Assembly: GCF_050250495.1 (NCBI RefSeq)
Contig: NZ_JBFWOM010000004.1
Location: forward strand, 22,553-86,552
Direction: 5' to 3'
Source: Immundisolibacter sp.
GTDB taxonomy: Bacteria; Pseudomonadota; Gammaproteobacteria; Immundisolibacterales; Immundisolibacteraceae
Length of the DNA: 64,000 bases
In this document: piece after piece, positions 47,480-57,186 of the stretch
Layout: the number at the start of each line of letters is the position of its first letter
Position numbering within the stretch: the first letter of the stretch is position 1
Translations under genes and position numbers: made by a program
The notes under the pieces: model-generated
The model's database searches: none
Told to the model about the DNA's origin: nothing
The model's input: only the letters and a program-made list of their open reading frames with translations

Positions 47480-48985
47480 TCAGGCGCCGCTCTCGCGCAG
47501 CAGCCGGTCGACCATGGCCTGGTATTGGCCGCGGCGGGGCGTGAAGTAGTGCAGCTGGCGCGACAGGAACGGGTCGCCGGCAAAGAAGATCTCGTAGATC
47601 TCCTGCCGGCCGCCGAACTCGCCGGCCACGGCGTCCCAGGCGAGCTTCATCACCTGCACCCGCTCGCGGGCGCTGGCCTGCTCGTTGCCGAGGAACTGTT
47701 CGAGGTCGCCGGCGGTGGCCGGGTTGTCGAAATCGGCCGCGGTTGCGGTCATCACCAGGCTCGAACTGCCCATCAGGCGGATCAGCTCGTTGACCTTGGT
47801 GTTCACCTCGGGCAGGAAGAACCGCAGCATCGAGATGCCGACCATGCCGCGGCTTGGCGAGGCAAACAGCGAGGCCGTCTCGCGCGCCACGTCCTCCAGC
47901 ACGAAGCCGGGGTCGGTCTGCTTGGCGAACTCTTCCTGCGCGTGGACCACGAGCTCCCGGGCGCTCGCCTCGACCAGGCCGTCGGCGATCTCGTTCAGCG
48001 CCAGGAACTCGCCCAGCAGCTCCTGGTAGCGCGGCAGCGCACTGCGCCCCAACACGTCCGCCATCTTGCAGGCGAGCCCGGTCATGAAGCGCAGCTTGGC
48101 GCGCCCGCGGGCGTTGGCCTGCAGCAGCAGGTAGCCCGGAAAGCTCGGCGCCATCATGTTGTAGGCGACGATGTCGCGGTAGATGAAGACCCGCTCCCAG
48201 GGCACCAGCACGTCCTCGAACACGGCCAGCGCGTCGCCCTCGTCGAAACGCTCGGCGAGCGGGCGGTCGTAGCGGCTGCCACCGCGGGCGTAGCTCTCGC
48301 GGGCGATGAACTTCAGGCCCGGCGTTGCCACCGGCACGGCGAAGCAGAGCGCGTAGTCCTCCTCGCCCGGCCGGCGCGGCATGAACGGACCGACCCAGAT
48401 CTCGTTGCTGACCGGCGCCAGCGTGGACAGCATGCGCGCGCCGCTGACGACGATGCCGGCGTCGGTCTCGCGCACCACTTTCAGCGCCCGCTGCGCGGAC
48501 AGGTCCTTGCCGTAATCGCGCTTGGGATCGACCAGCGTGTGGGTGAGGCAGATGTCCTCGTCGCGGCAGTATTCCCAGTAGCGGATGGCGTTGTCGGCAA
48601 ACGCCTTGTCCCTGTGCCCCAGCACGTGCGGGGCGATCACCGCCGCGTCGGTGACGAAGGCGTTCATGAAATCCGGCAGGCGGCCCATCAGGCCGTAGGT
48701 CGCTTCCTTGCGCAGCGACTCGCCACGCAGGCGCTGCTGCACCTCATCCCAGGTGCGCGCGGGCAGGAAGGAATTGCTGACCGGCCGGCCGTCCTTGGGC
48801 GACGCGTAGGTGTAGTCGGCTTGCAGGTCCGGCCGGTGGAAGGCGTCGTAGTGCTCGCCGATGCTGGCGAGGATGCCGGCGAGCGGCGCGTACTGGGTGA
48901 CATCTCCCACGCGCTGGCCGGCGATGTACAGCGCCCGGTCGTCCTTGAGGCTCGCGATGTACTGCGCGCCTGTCCTGATACCCAT
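47480..48985 (-). CDS. 4-hydroxyphenylacetate 3-hydroxylase (HpaB/TcpA-like) family oxygenase
   Basis: RTGAQYIASLKDDR..YI.G..V, GRLPDFMN, VVRETDAGIVVSGARMLSTLA, RFDEGDA..VFEDVLVPWERVF, FGGRQEIYEIF. Confidence 0.88.
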   Translation of the reverse strand: MGIRTGAQYIASLKDDRALYIAGQRVGDVTQYAPLAGILASIGEHYDAFHRPDLQADYTYASPKDGRPVSNSFLPARTWDEVQQRLRGESLRKEATYGLMGRLPDFMNAFVTDAAVIAPHVLGHRDKAFADNAIRYWEYCRDEDICLTHTLVDPKRDYGKDLSAQRALKVVRETDAGIVVSGARMLSTLAPVSNEIWVGPFMPRRPGEEDYALCFAVPVATPGLKFIARESYARGGSRYDRPLAERFDEGDALAVFEDVLVPWERVFIYRDIVAYNMMAPSFPGYLLLQANARGRAKLRFMTGLACKMADVLGRSALPRYQELLGEFLALNEIADGLVEASARELVVHAQEEFAKQTDPGFVLEDVARETASLFASPSRGMVGISMLRFFLPEVNTKVNELIRLMGSSSLVMTATAADFDNPATAGDLEQFLGNEQASARERVQVMKLAWDAVAGEFGGRQEIYEIFFAGDPFLSRQLHYFTPRRGQYQAMVDRLLRESGA

Positions 48986-49076
48986 GAACGGCTCCTCCCC
49001 GTGTTATCGACCATCGTGGTGATGGTTCGGGAGCCGTTTTAGCCCGCCGTGCGACAGCCGGCAAGCGGCGCGGGCG

Positions 49077-50963
49077 TCAGGCGCCGAGCGCCAGCGCCGC
49101 GCGGTAGGTGATGAACGACGCCAGGTACGCGAGCGCGAACAGGTAACCCGCCGTCAGCGCCGCCCAGCGCCAGCCGCCGGTCTCGCGGCGGATCACGGCC
49201 AGCGTGCTCAGGCACTGCGGCGCGAACACGTACCAGACCAGCAGCGACAGCGCGGTGGCGAGACCCCAGTCCTGCGCGATCAGCGGCGCGAGCGCGCCGG
49301 CGGTGTCCTCGCCGGTGGCCGACAGCGCGTAGACGGTGCCGAGCGCACCGACCGCCACCTCGCGCGCCGCGAGACCCGGCACCAGCGCGATGCTGATCTG
49401 CCAGTTGAAGCCGATCGGCTCGAAGATCACCGCGAGCCACCGGCCGAGAATGCCGGCCAGGCTGTACTCGATGGCGGGTCCGGTCGCGCCCGGCGGCGGC
49501 GCCGGGAAGCTGGCCAGAAACCACATCGCCACCGTCAGCACGAGGATGATGCCGCCCACCCGGCGCACGAAAATCGCCACCCGCTGCCATAGGCCAATCG
49601 CCACGTTGCGCAGCGCCGGCAGGTGGTACATGGGCAGTTCCATCATCAGCGTGCGCACCTGGCGCCGGGCCGTGAGGCGCTTGAGCACCCAGGCCACCGC
49701 CAGCGCGCCGGCAATCCCGGCCACGTACAGCGCCAGCAGCACCAGACCCTGCAACTCCAGCCCACCCCACACCTGCCGCCGCGGGATGAAGGCGCCGATC
49801 AGCAGCGCGTACACGGGAAGGCGCGCCGAGCAGGTCATCAGCGGCGCGATCAGGATGGTCACCAGCCGGTCGCGCGGGTTGGCGATGGTGCGCGCGGCCA
49901 TGATGCCCGGGATGGCGCAGGCAAAGCTCGACAGCAGCGGGATGAACGAGCGGCCCGACAGGCCGACGCCGCCCATCAGCCGGTCCAGCAGAAACGCCGC
50001 CCGCGGCAGGTAGCCGGATTCCTCCAGCACCAGGATGAAGAAAAACAGAATCACGATCTGCGGCAGGAACACCAGCACCCCGCCTGCACCGGCGATGACG
50101 CCGTCCACCAGCAGGCTGCGCAGCCAGTTGTCCGGCAGCAGCGCGGTCACAAAGTTGCCGGCTGAGGCAGTGGCGGCCTCGATCCAGCCCATCGGCGCCT
50201 CGGCCCAGGCGAACACGGCCTGGAACACCAGAAACAGCACCGCCGTCAGCAGCAGCGGGCCGAACACGGGGTGCAGCACCACGCGGTCGATGCGGTCGCT
50301 GGCCAGGTGCGGCACGGCCTCGTCGAGACCCAAGCGCTCCAGGATGGCGCGCACGGCGGCGTGGTCGCCGCGCGGGTCGGCTTCCGCGCCGGCTTCAATC
50401 TCGCCGGCGTAGTCGTGCCGGGGCCAGGTCGCGGGATCGCCCAGCAGCTCGCGCAAATCCACCGCACCGTCGCTCTTCACCGCCACGGTCGGGATGACCG
50501 GCACGCCGAGTTCGCGCGACAGCGCGCTGGGGTCGATCTTCAGCCCACGCCGGGCGGCCAGGTCCATCATGTTCAGCGCCACCACGCACGGCAGGCGCAG
50601 GCGCTTGGCGGCCAGCACCAGGCGCAGGTTGCGCCGCAGGTTCGTGGCGTCGACCACGCAGACCACGAGATCCGGCCGCTTCTCGCCCGCGGCGCGGCCG
50701 AGCAGCACGTCAGCCGTTACCCGCTCGTCGGGCGAGCGCGGGTGCAGGCTATAGGCGCCCGGCAGGTCCAGCACGCGCACGTCCTTGCCGGCGGAGGTGA
50801 AGCGGCCTTCCTTGCGCTCCACCGTCACGCCGGCGTAGTTGGCCACCTTCTGGCGGCTGCCGGTCAGCAGGTTGAACAGCGCCGTCTTGCCGCAGTTGGG
50901 GTTGCCGAGCAGCGCCACCAGCGGCTCCGCGCGCTGGAAGTGGATGACCGCCTCGCGGTTCAC
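49077..50963 (-). CDS. feoB: Ferrous iron transporter B
   Basis: GTG start at 50963. GNPNCGKT, NYAGVTVE, DLPGAY, EESGYLPRAAF, MTCSARLPVY. Confidence 0.95.
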   Translation of the reverse strand: MNREAVIHFQRAEPLVALLGNPNCGKTALFNLLTGSRQKVANYAGVTVERKEGRFTSAGKDVRVLDLPGAYSLHPRSPDERVTADVLLGRAAGEKRPDLVVCVVDATNLRRNLRLVLAAKRLRLPCVVALNMMDLAARRGLKIDPSALSRELGVPVIPTVAVKSDGAVDLRELLGDPATWPRHDYAGEIEAGAEADPRGDHAAVRAILERLGLDEAVPHLASDRIDRVVLHPVFGPLLLTAVLFLVFQAVFAWAEAPMGWIEAATASAGNFVTALLPDNWLRSLLVDGVIAGAGGVLVFLPQIVILFFFILVLEESGYLPRAAFLLDRLMGGVGLSGRSFIPLLSSFACAIPGIMAARTIANPRDRLVTILIAPLMTCSARLPVYALLIGAFIPRRQVWGGLELQGLVLLALYVAGIAGALAVAWVLKRLTARRQVRTLMMELPMYHLPALRNVAIGLWQRVAIFVRRVGGIILVLTVAMWFLASFPAPPPGATGPAIEYSLAGILGRWLAVIFEPIGFNWQISIALVPGLAAREVAVGALGTVYALSATGEDTAGALAPLIAQDWGLATALSLLVWYVFAPQCLSTLAVIRRETGGWRWAALTAGYLFALAYLASFITYRAALALGA

Positions 50964-51229
50964 GCCGCGGTCTCGACCAGCACGCAGGCGGCCTCGGCCC
51001 GGCGCAGCGCAAACGTGGAGCTGCCGATGCGCACCACCAGCGGATCGCCGCCCGGCAGCGCGCGCGCCAGCAGGCACACCGGCTCGCCGGGAATGAAACC
51101 GATCTCCTCCAGCCAGCGGCGCCACTCCGGCATGGCCTCCGGCACCCGCACGTCTACCACCAGCAGCGGCCGGTGCAGTTCCTGCCGGTCCAGCGTCGCT
51201 GGCGGCAACACGCGCGCGTTATCTGTCAT
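50960..51229 (-). CDS. feoA: Ferrous iron transport protein A
   Basis: RWLEEIGFIPGE...GGDPLVVRIGSSTFALRRAEA; overlaps the feoB start. Confidence 0.92.
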   Translation of the reverse strand: MTDNARVLPPATLDRQELHRPLLVVDVRVPEAMPEWRRWLEEIGFIPGEPVCLLARALPGGDPLVVRIGSSTFALRRAEAACVLVETAA

Positions 51230-51294
51230 GACCGATTCGGTGTGGCACAACCCAAGGGCAACCGCGCCGCATCCGGATGGACGCAGCGCCTTAA

Positions 51295-51309
51295 TGATAA
51301 CGATTATCA
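51295..51309. promoter_or_regulatory. Fur box upstream of feoAB
   Basis: TGATAACGATTATCA, one mismatch from the 7-1-7 consensus TGATAATnATTATCA, 65 nt upstream of feoA. Confidence 0.85.
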
Positions 51310-51432
51310 GGAACGCCCGTCGCGCCGCACGTCGGTCTGCGGCGAAACGGGCACATCGAGGGCTCGGATGATCCGGCGCCACGGCTTGCCGACATTGACC
51401 GGCAGCAAGCCACGCGCCCGGTGTCGATCGAC

Positions 51433-52503
51433 TCAGGCTACCTTGGCGGCGCGCACCAGCGGCAGCAGCTTGCCGTGCATGCCACGCAGCAGCGACTCGG
51501 TGGTCGGCCAGTCGATGCATGGGTCCGTTACCGACACGCCGTACCGCAGCTGCGAGAGGTCCGCCGGGATCGGCTGGTTGCCGGCTTCGAGGTTGCTCTC
51601 CAGCATCAGGCCGACGATGGAGCGGTTGCCTTCCAGCATCTGGTTGACGCAGTTTTCCAGCACCAGCGCCTGCAGCTCGGGCTGCTTGTTGCAGTTGGCG
51701 TGGCTGCAATCGACCACGATGTTCTGTGGCAGCTTCGCCTTGGCGAGCGCCTGCTCGCACAGCGCCACGGCCACGGAGTCGTAATTCGGCCGGTCGTGGC
51801 CCCCGCGCAGCACCAGGTGCCCGTGCGGATTTCCGCGGGTGCGGATCACCGCCGACTGACCCTGCAGGTTGATGCCGAGAAAACTGTGCGGGCTCGCCGC
51901 CGACTTCATGGCGTTGACGGCGACATCAATGCCGCCGTCGGTGCCGTTCTTGAAACCGACCGCGGTCGACAGCCCACTCGACATCTCGCGGTGCGTCTGG
52001 GACTCGGTAGTGCGGGCGCCGATGGCGGTCCAGGTAATGAGGTCATGCAGGTACTGCGGCATGATCGGGTCGAGCGCCTCGGTGCCGGCTGGCAGGCCCA
52101 TCTCGGCGAGTTCCAGCAGCAGCTCGCGCGCCTTGATGACACCTTCCTCGATGTGGAAGGAATCGTCCATGCGCGGGTCGTTGATGAGGCCCTTCCAGCC
52201 GGTCGACGTGCGCGGCTTCTCGAAGTACACGCGCATGATGATGAGCAGCGTGTCCTTGACCTCCTGCGAGAGCGCGTGCAGACGGCGCGCGTAGTCGCGG
52301 GCAGCGTCGAGGTCGTGAATCGAGCACGGACCGACCACCACAAAGCGGCGCGGGTCGCGCCGATCGAGAATCGCCTCGACCGCGGCGCGACCTTCCAGCA
52401 CCGCGCGCTCGGCGGCCGGCGTCAGTGGCAGGCGCCCGCGCACCTCGGCCGGGGTCGGCATGAGCTGCTGCTCGACGACGTTGATATTGGTCAGCTTGTC
52501 CAT
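51433..52503 (-). CDS. Class I DAHP synthase (AroF/G/H family)
   Basis: VVVGPCSIHD, MRVYFEKPRT..GWKGLINDP, IGARTTESQTHRE, GFKNGTDG, DCSHAN, SVTDPC. Confidence 0.96.
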   Translation of the reverse strand: MDKLTNINVVEQQLMPTPAEVRGRLPLTPAAERAVLEGRAAVEAILDRRDPRRFVVVGPCSIHDLDAARDYARRLHALSQEVKDTLLIIMRVYFEKPRTSTGWKGLINDPRMDDSFHIEEGVIKARELLLELAEMGLPAGTEALDPIMPQYLHDLITWTAIGARTTESQTHREMSSGLSTAVGFKNGTDGGIDVAVNAMKSAASPHSFLGINLQGQSAVIRTRGNPHGHLVLRGGHDRPNYDSVAVALCEQALAKAKLPQNIVVDCSHANCNKQPELQALVLENCVNQMLEGNRSIVGLMLESNLEAGNQPIPADLSQLRYGVSVTDPCIDWPTTESLLRGMHGKLLPLVRAAKVA

Positions 52504-52586
52504 GGGCGGCACGGCCTGGCGGCAGATCGAAACGGGGTGCGGATTGTAGCGACTGGGTCGCGGCGCGGCTTGGCCGGCCCGAAACG

Positions 52587-52616
52587 CAAAACGCCCGGCA
52601 GGGCCCGGGCGTTTTG
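52587..52616 (-). terminator. Terminator-like hairpin downstream of tRNA-Val
   Basis: CAAAACGCCCGG-N6-CCGGGCGTTTTG, a 12-bp stem with A/T tails. Confidence 0.7.
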
Positions 52617-52625
52617 TTCGAAGAC

Positions 52626-52700
52626 TGGTGGGCGATGCTGGGATCGAACCAGCGACCCCTACCGTGTGAAGGTAGTGCTCTACCGCTGAGCTAATCGCCC
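52626..52700 (-). tRNA. tRNA-Val(CAC)
   Basis: Reverse complement GGGCGATTAGCTCAGCGGTAGAGCA-CTACC-TTCACAC-GGTAG-GGGTCGCTGGTTCGATCCCAGCATCGCCCACCA. Confidence 0.95.
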
Positions 52701-52846
52701 CGGGGGGTGTCCCGCCCGGGTATGCCTGGCGGGCCGCGCATTCTAGGCGGCGCCCCGGGCAGGGTCAAACGCCGCGCCTGCAACGGCGGGCTTGCGAATC
52801 GGCGTCGCTACAATACCCGCCCCGCCCGCTTCGTCCCGGCTTACGC

Positions 52847-54262
52847 ATGACCGTTCGCAGCCGCTTCGCCCCAAGTCCCACCGGCTACCTGCACATCGGC
52901 GGCGCGCGCACGGCGCTGTTCGCCTGGCTGCACGCGCGCCACCACGGCGGCACGTTCATCCTGCGCATCGAGGACACCGACCGCGAGCGCTCCACCGAGG
53001 AATCGGTCAACGCCATCCTGGAAGGCATGGCCTGGCTCGGTCTCAACTACGACGAGGGGCCGTTCTACCAGACCCAGCGCTTCGACCGGTACCGGCAGGT
53101 GCTGGATCACCTGCTCGACGCCGGCCACGCCTACCGCTGCTACTGCACGCCCGACGATCTCGCCGCCCGGCGCGAGGCGCAGCTCGCGCGCAAGGAAAAG
53201 CCGCGCTACGACGGCCGCTGCCGGAATCTCGCCGCGCCGCCGGCGGGCAACCCGCCGTCGGTGGTCCGCTTTCGGAATCCGCAGGACGGCGACGTGGTGG
53301 TGGACGACCTCATCCGCGGCCGCGTCGCCTTCAGCAACACCGAACTCGACGACCTGGTGCTCGCGCGCAGCGACGGCACGCCCACCTACAACTTCACCGT
53401 GGTGGTGGACGACATGGACATGGGCGTGAGCTGCGTCATCCGCGGCGACGACCACCTCAACAACACGCCCCGGCAGATCAACATCCTGCGCGCGCTCGGC
53501 GCGCCGCTGCCGCAGTACGCGCACGTGCCGATGATCCTGGGTCCGGACGGCGCGCGGCTGTCGAAGCGCCACGGCGCGGTCAGCGTGCTGCAGTACCGCG
53601 ACGACGGCATCCTGCCCGAGGCGCTGCTGAATTACCTGGTGCGCCTGGGCTGGTCGCACGGCGACCAGGAAGTGTTCTCGCTCGACGAGCTGGTGACGAA
53701 GTTCGACGTGGAGCAGGTCAACCGCGCCGCGGCGGCGGTGAATCCTGAAAAGCTGCTGTGGCTGAACCAGCATTACCTGAAGACCGCCGACCCGGACCAT
53801 ATCGCCCGCCACCTCAGCCCCTTCATCGGCCGCCACGGCGTCGATCCGGCGCTGGATGGCCCACCGCTGCCCGCGGTGGTCGTGGCGCTGCGCGAGCGGT
53901 GCAAGACGCTGGTCGAGATGGCCGACAAGGCGCTGTTGTTCTATCGCGAGTTCGATGGCTACGACCCCGCGGCCGTGGCCAAGCACTTCAGCGCCGCTGT
54001 TCTCGAACCGCTGATCGGCCTGCACACGCGCCTTGAGCAGCTCGCCGACTGGCAAGCGCCGGCGCTGCACGCCGTGGTGGAAGAGGTCGCAGCGCAGCAC
54101 GGCCTCAAGTTCGGTCAGCTCGCCCAGCCGCTGCGCGTCGCCCTGTGCGGCAACGCCGTGTCGCCTGCCATCGACGTGACGCTGCAACTGATCGGCCGCG
54201 GCCGGGTGCTCGGGCGGCTTGAACGCGCCGTGCAGTGGCTGCAAAGCCAAGCCGGCGCTTGA
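52847..54262 (+). CDS. gltX: Glutamate--tRNA ligase
   Basis: RFAPSPTGYLHIGG, LRIEDTD, IRGDDHLNNT, RLSKRHG. Confidence 0.97.
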   Translation: MTVRSRFAPSPTGYLHIGGARTALFAWLHARHHGGTFILRIEDTDRERSTEESVNAILEGMAWLGLNYDEGPFYQTQRFDRYRQVLDHLLDAGHAYRCYCTPDDLAARREAQLARKEKPRYDGRCRNLAAPPAGNPPSVVRFRNPQDGDVVVDDLIRGRVAFSNTELDDLVLARSDGTPTYNFTVVVDDMDMGVSCVIRGDDHLNNTPRQINILRALGAPLPQYAHVPMILGPDGARLSKRHGAVSVLQYRDDGILPEALLNYLVRLGWSHGDQEVFSLDELVTKFDVEQVNRAAAAVNPEKLLWLNQHYLKTADPDHIARHLSPFIGRHGVDPALDGPPLPAVVVALRERCKTLVEMADKALLFYREFDGYDPAAVAKHFSAAVLEPLIGLHTRLEQLADWQAPALHAVVEEVAAQHGLKFGQLAQPLRVALCGNAVSPAIDVTLQLIGRGRVLGRLERAVQWLQSQAGA

Positions 54263-54303
54263 CACTGCGCCGGCCGGATCAGTAAAGTTCGCGCCCCTTG
54301 CAT

Positions 54304-54379
54304 GGGGCCATAGCTCAGCTGGGAGAGCGCAACACTGGCAGTGTTGAGGTCGGCGGTTCGATCCCGCCTGGCTCCACCA
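54304..54379 (+). tRNA. tRNA-Ala(GGC)
   Basis: GGGGCCATAGCTCAGCTGGGAGAGCG-CAACA-CTGGCAG-TGTTG-AGGTCGGCGGTTCGATCCCGCCTGGCTCCACCA. Confidence 0.95.
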
Positions 54380-54423
54380 AATCCCCCGCGCGGCGGGCGC
54401 GAGCCCGCCCGATCGATCTGCAA

Positions 54424-54499
54424 GTCCCCATCGTCTAGAGGCCTAGGACACTGCCCTTTCACGGCGGCAACAGGGGTTCGAATCCCCTTGGGGACGCCA
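54424..54499 (+). tRNA. tRNA-Glu(TTC)
   Basis: GTCCCCATCGTCTAGAGGCCTAGGACA-CTGCC-CTTTCAC-GGCGG-CAACAGGGGTTCGAATCCCCTTGGGGACGCCA. Confidence 0.95.
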
Positions 54500-55290
54500 T
54501 TCATGCAAATCGCGCGCTTGGCCGGCCAGCACGCCGACCGACGCCAGCGATCCCCGGAGCAATCCGGGCTTCGATGCTTGCCCCCCGGCGAACTCAAGCG
54601 CCAGAACCCCCTACCGTCGGCCCTGCGCCGTAGCAATGCGGCGCGGCGGGCACACCCGGGGCTGTCCATGGTTCCAGGCGTCGTCTACGTCCTGCCCTAC
54701 CGTCTCATCGAAGACAGCAAAAAAGCTGGGCAAAGCTGAACAAAAAAATGAGCGTTCAACCCTAACGAGTCAAACGTATTAGCAAAATTTAATATATGGT
54801 GTCTCACGCAAACCGTGAGGCGCCGCAGGGAGGGGCCAGATGCGTGGGGACGACCAGTTGCTGGCGGCCAATAGGTCTTTTGGCGTGGATCACTTTGATT
54901 CGCGTTTAGCCATGCTGTCCCGACGCCAACGAGGCATCCGTCTCGACTCGATAGACCGCGCCGAAAAACGCTCATGGGCGCAACCGGAACAAGGGATCGA
55001 CCAAGCGGTTGCGGCACGAAGCCGGGCCCTGCCCGAGCACCGACATCAGCGCGCTCCCCGCATTCCCCCGGTAAACGGCTCCCGCGCTCGGCATACGCCC
55101 GGCCCAGGCGCGCCGGCCCGCTCAGCACGGGATGGCTTGGCCGCCACCGCAGCCCGCGAATCAAACACAGCCGGTCCTCAAACCCAAGCCAGGATTGGCT
55201 TCGAAGCGTCCCAAAGGACGCCGCACAGTTCTCGGTGACCGTTACGGTCGCCTCTCCACAGCCCTGCACGTGTCAACGAGGAAGGTAGAC

Positions 55291-57186
55291 ATGCGCCCGA
55301 CGAATCCCCCCCAGTCGCCACTTGCAACGCCGCAGGCCGAGGCCGAGACCACCCTTGAAGGGGGTGAACTGATCGTCCACTACCTGCGCCAGATCGGCGT
55401 CGAGTACGTCTTCGGCGTGCTGGGCGGGGCCATCGAGCCGCTGGTGAACGCCCTCGCGCGCGACATGCGCCGCGGCGGGCCGGAGCTGATCGTCGCCCGG
55501 CACGAGGCCGGCGCGGCCTTCATGGCCGACGGTTACGCGCGGGAAACCGGCAAGCTCGGCGTGTGCTTCGCCACTACCGGGCCTGGCGCCACCAACATGA
55601 TTACCGGCGTCGCCGCGGCTTATCACAACCGCAACCCGGTACTCGCCATCACCGCCCAGACGCGGCTGGAAACCTTCGGCCGTGGCGCCATGCAGGAATG
55701 CAGCGACACTGCCATCGACACAGTGGGCATGTACCAGCACTGCACCCGCTACAACACGCTGGTGTCACACCCGAAGCAACTCGAAAACAAGCTGATCGCC
55801 GCCGTCCTCAACACGGCCCGTGATCCCCATGGTCCAAGCCACCTGGCGGTGCCGCTGGATGTGATGCGCACCCGCATCGACGTCGATCGCGCGGTCGATC
55901 TGAACGCCATCTTGCGCAGCCGCCCCGGCATCGATGAGGACGCCACGGCAGCCCTGGCGCAGACGCTGCTAAACGCCCGCCAGCCGGTGTTCTTGATCGG
56001 CGAGGGCGCCCGTGGGGCGTGCGGCCGCGTCCTGGCCCTCGCCATGGCGCTGCAGGCGCCGGTACTCGTCACTCCCCATTCGAAAGGCTTTGTCAGCTCG
56101 TTTCACCCGTGTTTCCGGGGCGTTTTCGGTTTATCTGGGCACCAAAGTGCCGAACAGGTTCTCGCGGACCCGGCGGTCGATTGCGTCGTGGCTATAGGGT
56201 GCAGTCTTGGCGAATGGGCTACGGCAGGTTGGGACCGCACTGCGCTGCTGAACCCCCGCCTGATCCATGTGGACAGCAATCCGGAGAATTTCCGCAATTC
56301 GGCCATGGCCCGGCTTCATGTGCTCGGCGATCCAGGCGCGGTGTTTGAGCGTATCGATGCGCTCACCGGAGATGCGGCAGGGGCGCGCAGGGGCAGCGTC
56401 GCGCCCCCCAAAGCGGTCAAGCCCACCCTGCACCTCATCGCCGATAAACCCGTACACCCGCTCCCGAATTGCACCTTGGACGACCCGGCCGAGTGGCACT
56501 CCGATGCGACGCCGATCAAGCCACAGCGGTTGATGCGCGATCTGCCGGCACTGCTGCCAGCCGGCACCCGTTACATCACGGACGGCACCGCGGCCAAAGG
56601 CTGGGCGTTGCACTACCTCCACATTCCGGACCGGCGCGTCGCCGAACGGCGCGCGGCCAGCGGCGCGCTGCAATCCGCGGCCGCGCCCGCGGCCGCGCAG
56701 CGCATGGCAGACCGCCGGAAAGAAGCCGCCGGACTGGTCCGAACCTCGATGGAATTCAGCTGTATGGGCTGGGCCATCGGCCACACCCTGGGGGCCGCTT
56801 GCGCCCGCCGCGACACGCCGGTGGTGTGCCTGACCGGTGACGGCAGCATGCTCATGAACAGCCAGGAAATCACCGTCGCGGCCGAACATCGGCTGCCGGT
56901 GTTTTTCGTCGTGCTGAACGATTCCGCGCTCGGCACCATCCGGCATGGGCAGGTGCTGGGCGGTGCAGAGCAGATCGGCTGGGAGTTGCCTGAGGTCGAC
57001 TTTGCCCTCATGGCCAAAGCGATGGGCGTCAAAGGCTACGTCGTTCGAACGCCACAGGATCTGCAAGATATTGACTGGCATGGCCTCTGGCAGCGCGGGG
57101 AACCGGCCGTGATAGACGTGCGGATCGACCGCGATGCGGTGCCGCCGATCAAACAGCGGATGAAGTCCCTGGGTGTCGGACATTGA
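55291..57186 (+). CDS. Thiamine diphosphate-dependent enzyme (acetolactate synthase-like superfamily)
   Basis: Start ATG 55291 after GAGGAAGG. VEYVFGVLGG, ARHEAGAAFMADG catalytic Glu, TTGPGATN, LTGDGSMLMN...VVLNDSALG ThDP motif. Confidence 0.9.
   Translation: MRPTNPPQSPLATPQAEAETTLEGGELIVHYLRQIGVEYVFGVLGGAIEPLVNALARDMRRGGPELIVARHEAGAAFMADGYARETGKLGVCFATTGPGATNMITGVAAAYHNRNPVLAITAQTRLETFGRGAMQECSDTAIDTVGMYQHCTRYNTLVSHPKQLENKLIAAVLNTARDPHGPSHLAVPLDVMRTRIDVDRAVDLNAILRSRPGIDEDATAALAQTLLNARQPVFLIGEGARGACGRVLALAMALQAPVLVTPHSKGFVSSFHPCFRGVFGLSGHQSAEQVLADPAVDCVVAIGCSLGEWATAGWDRTALLNPRLIHVDSNPENFRNSAMARLHVLGDPGAVFERIDALTGDAAGARRGSVAPPKAVKPTLHLIADKPVHPLPNCTLDDPAEWHSDATPIKPQRLMRDLPALLPAGTRYITDGTAAKGWALHYLHIPDRRVAERRAASGALQSAAAPAAAQRMADRRKEAAGLVRTSMEFSCMGWAIGHTLGAACARRDTPVVCLTGDGSMLMNSQEITVAAEHRLPVFFVVLNDSALGTIRHGQVLGGAEQIGWELPEVDFALMAKAMGVKGYVVRTPQDLQDIDWHGLWQRGEPAVIDVRIDRDAVPPIKQRMKSLGVGH

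Noticed and set aside
54304-54379. C32-G38 complementarity in the tRNA-Ala(GGC) anticodon loop
   Set aside because: A 32-38 pair is a known feature of bacterial tRNA-Ala(GGC), so it is not novel.
54341-55288. Short ORFs between tRNA-Glu and the ThDP gene
   Set aside because: They overlap tRNAs or each other and have no recognisable motifs or convincing RBS; treated as intergenic.
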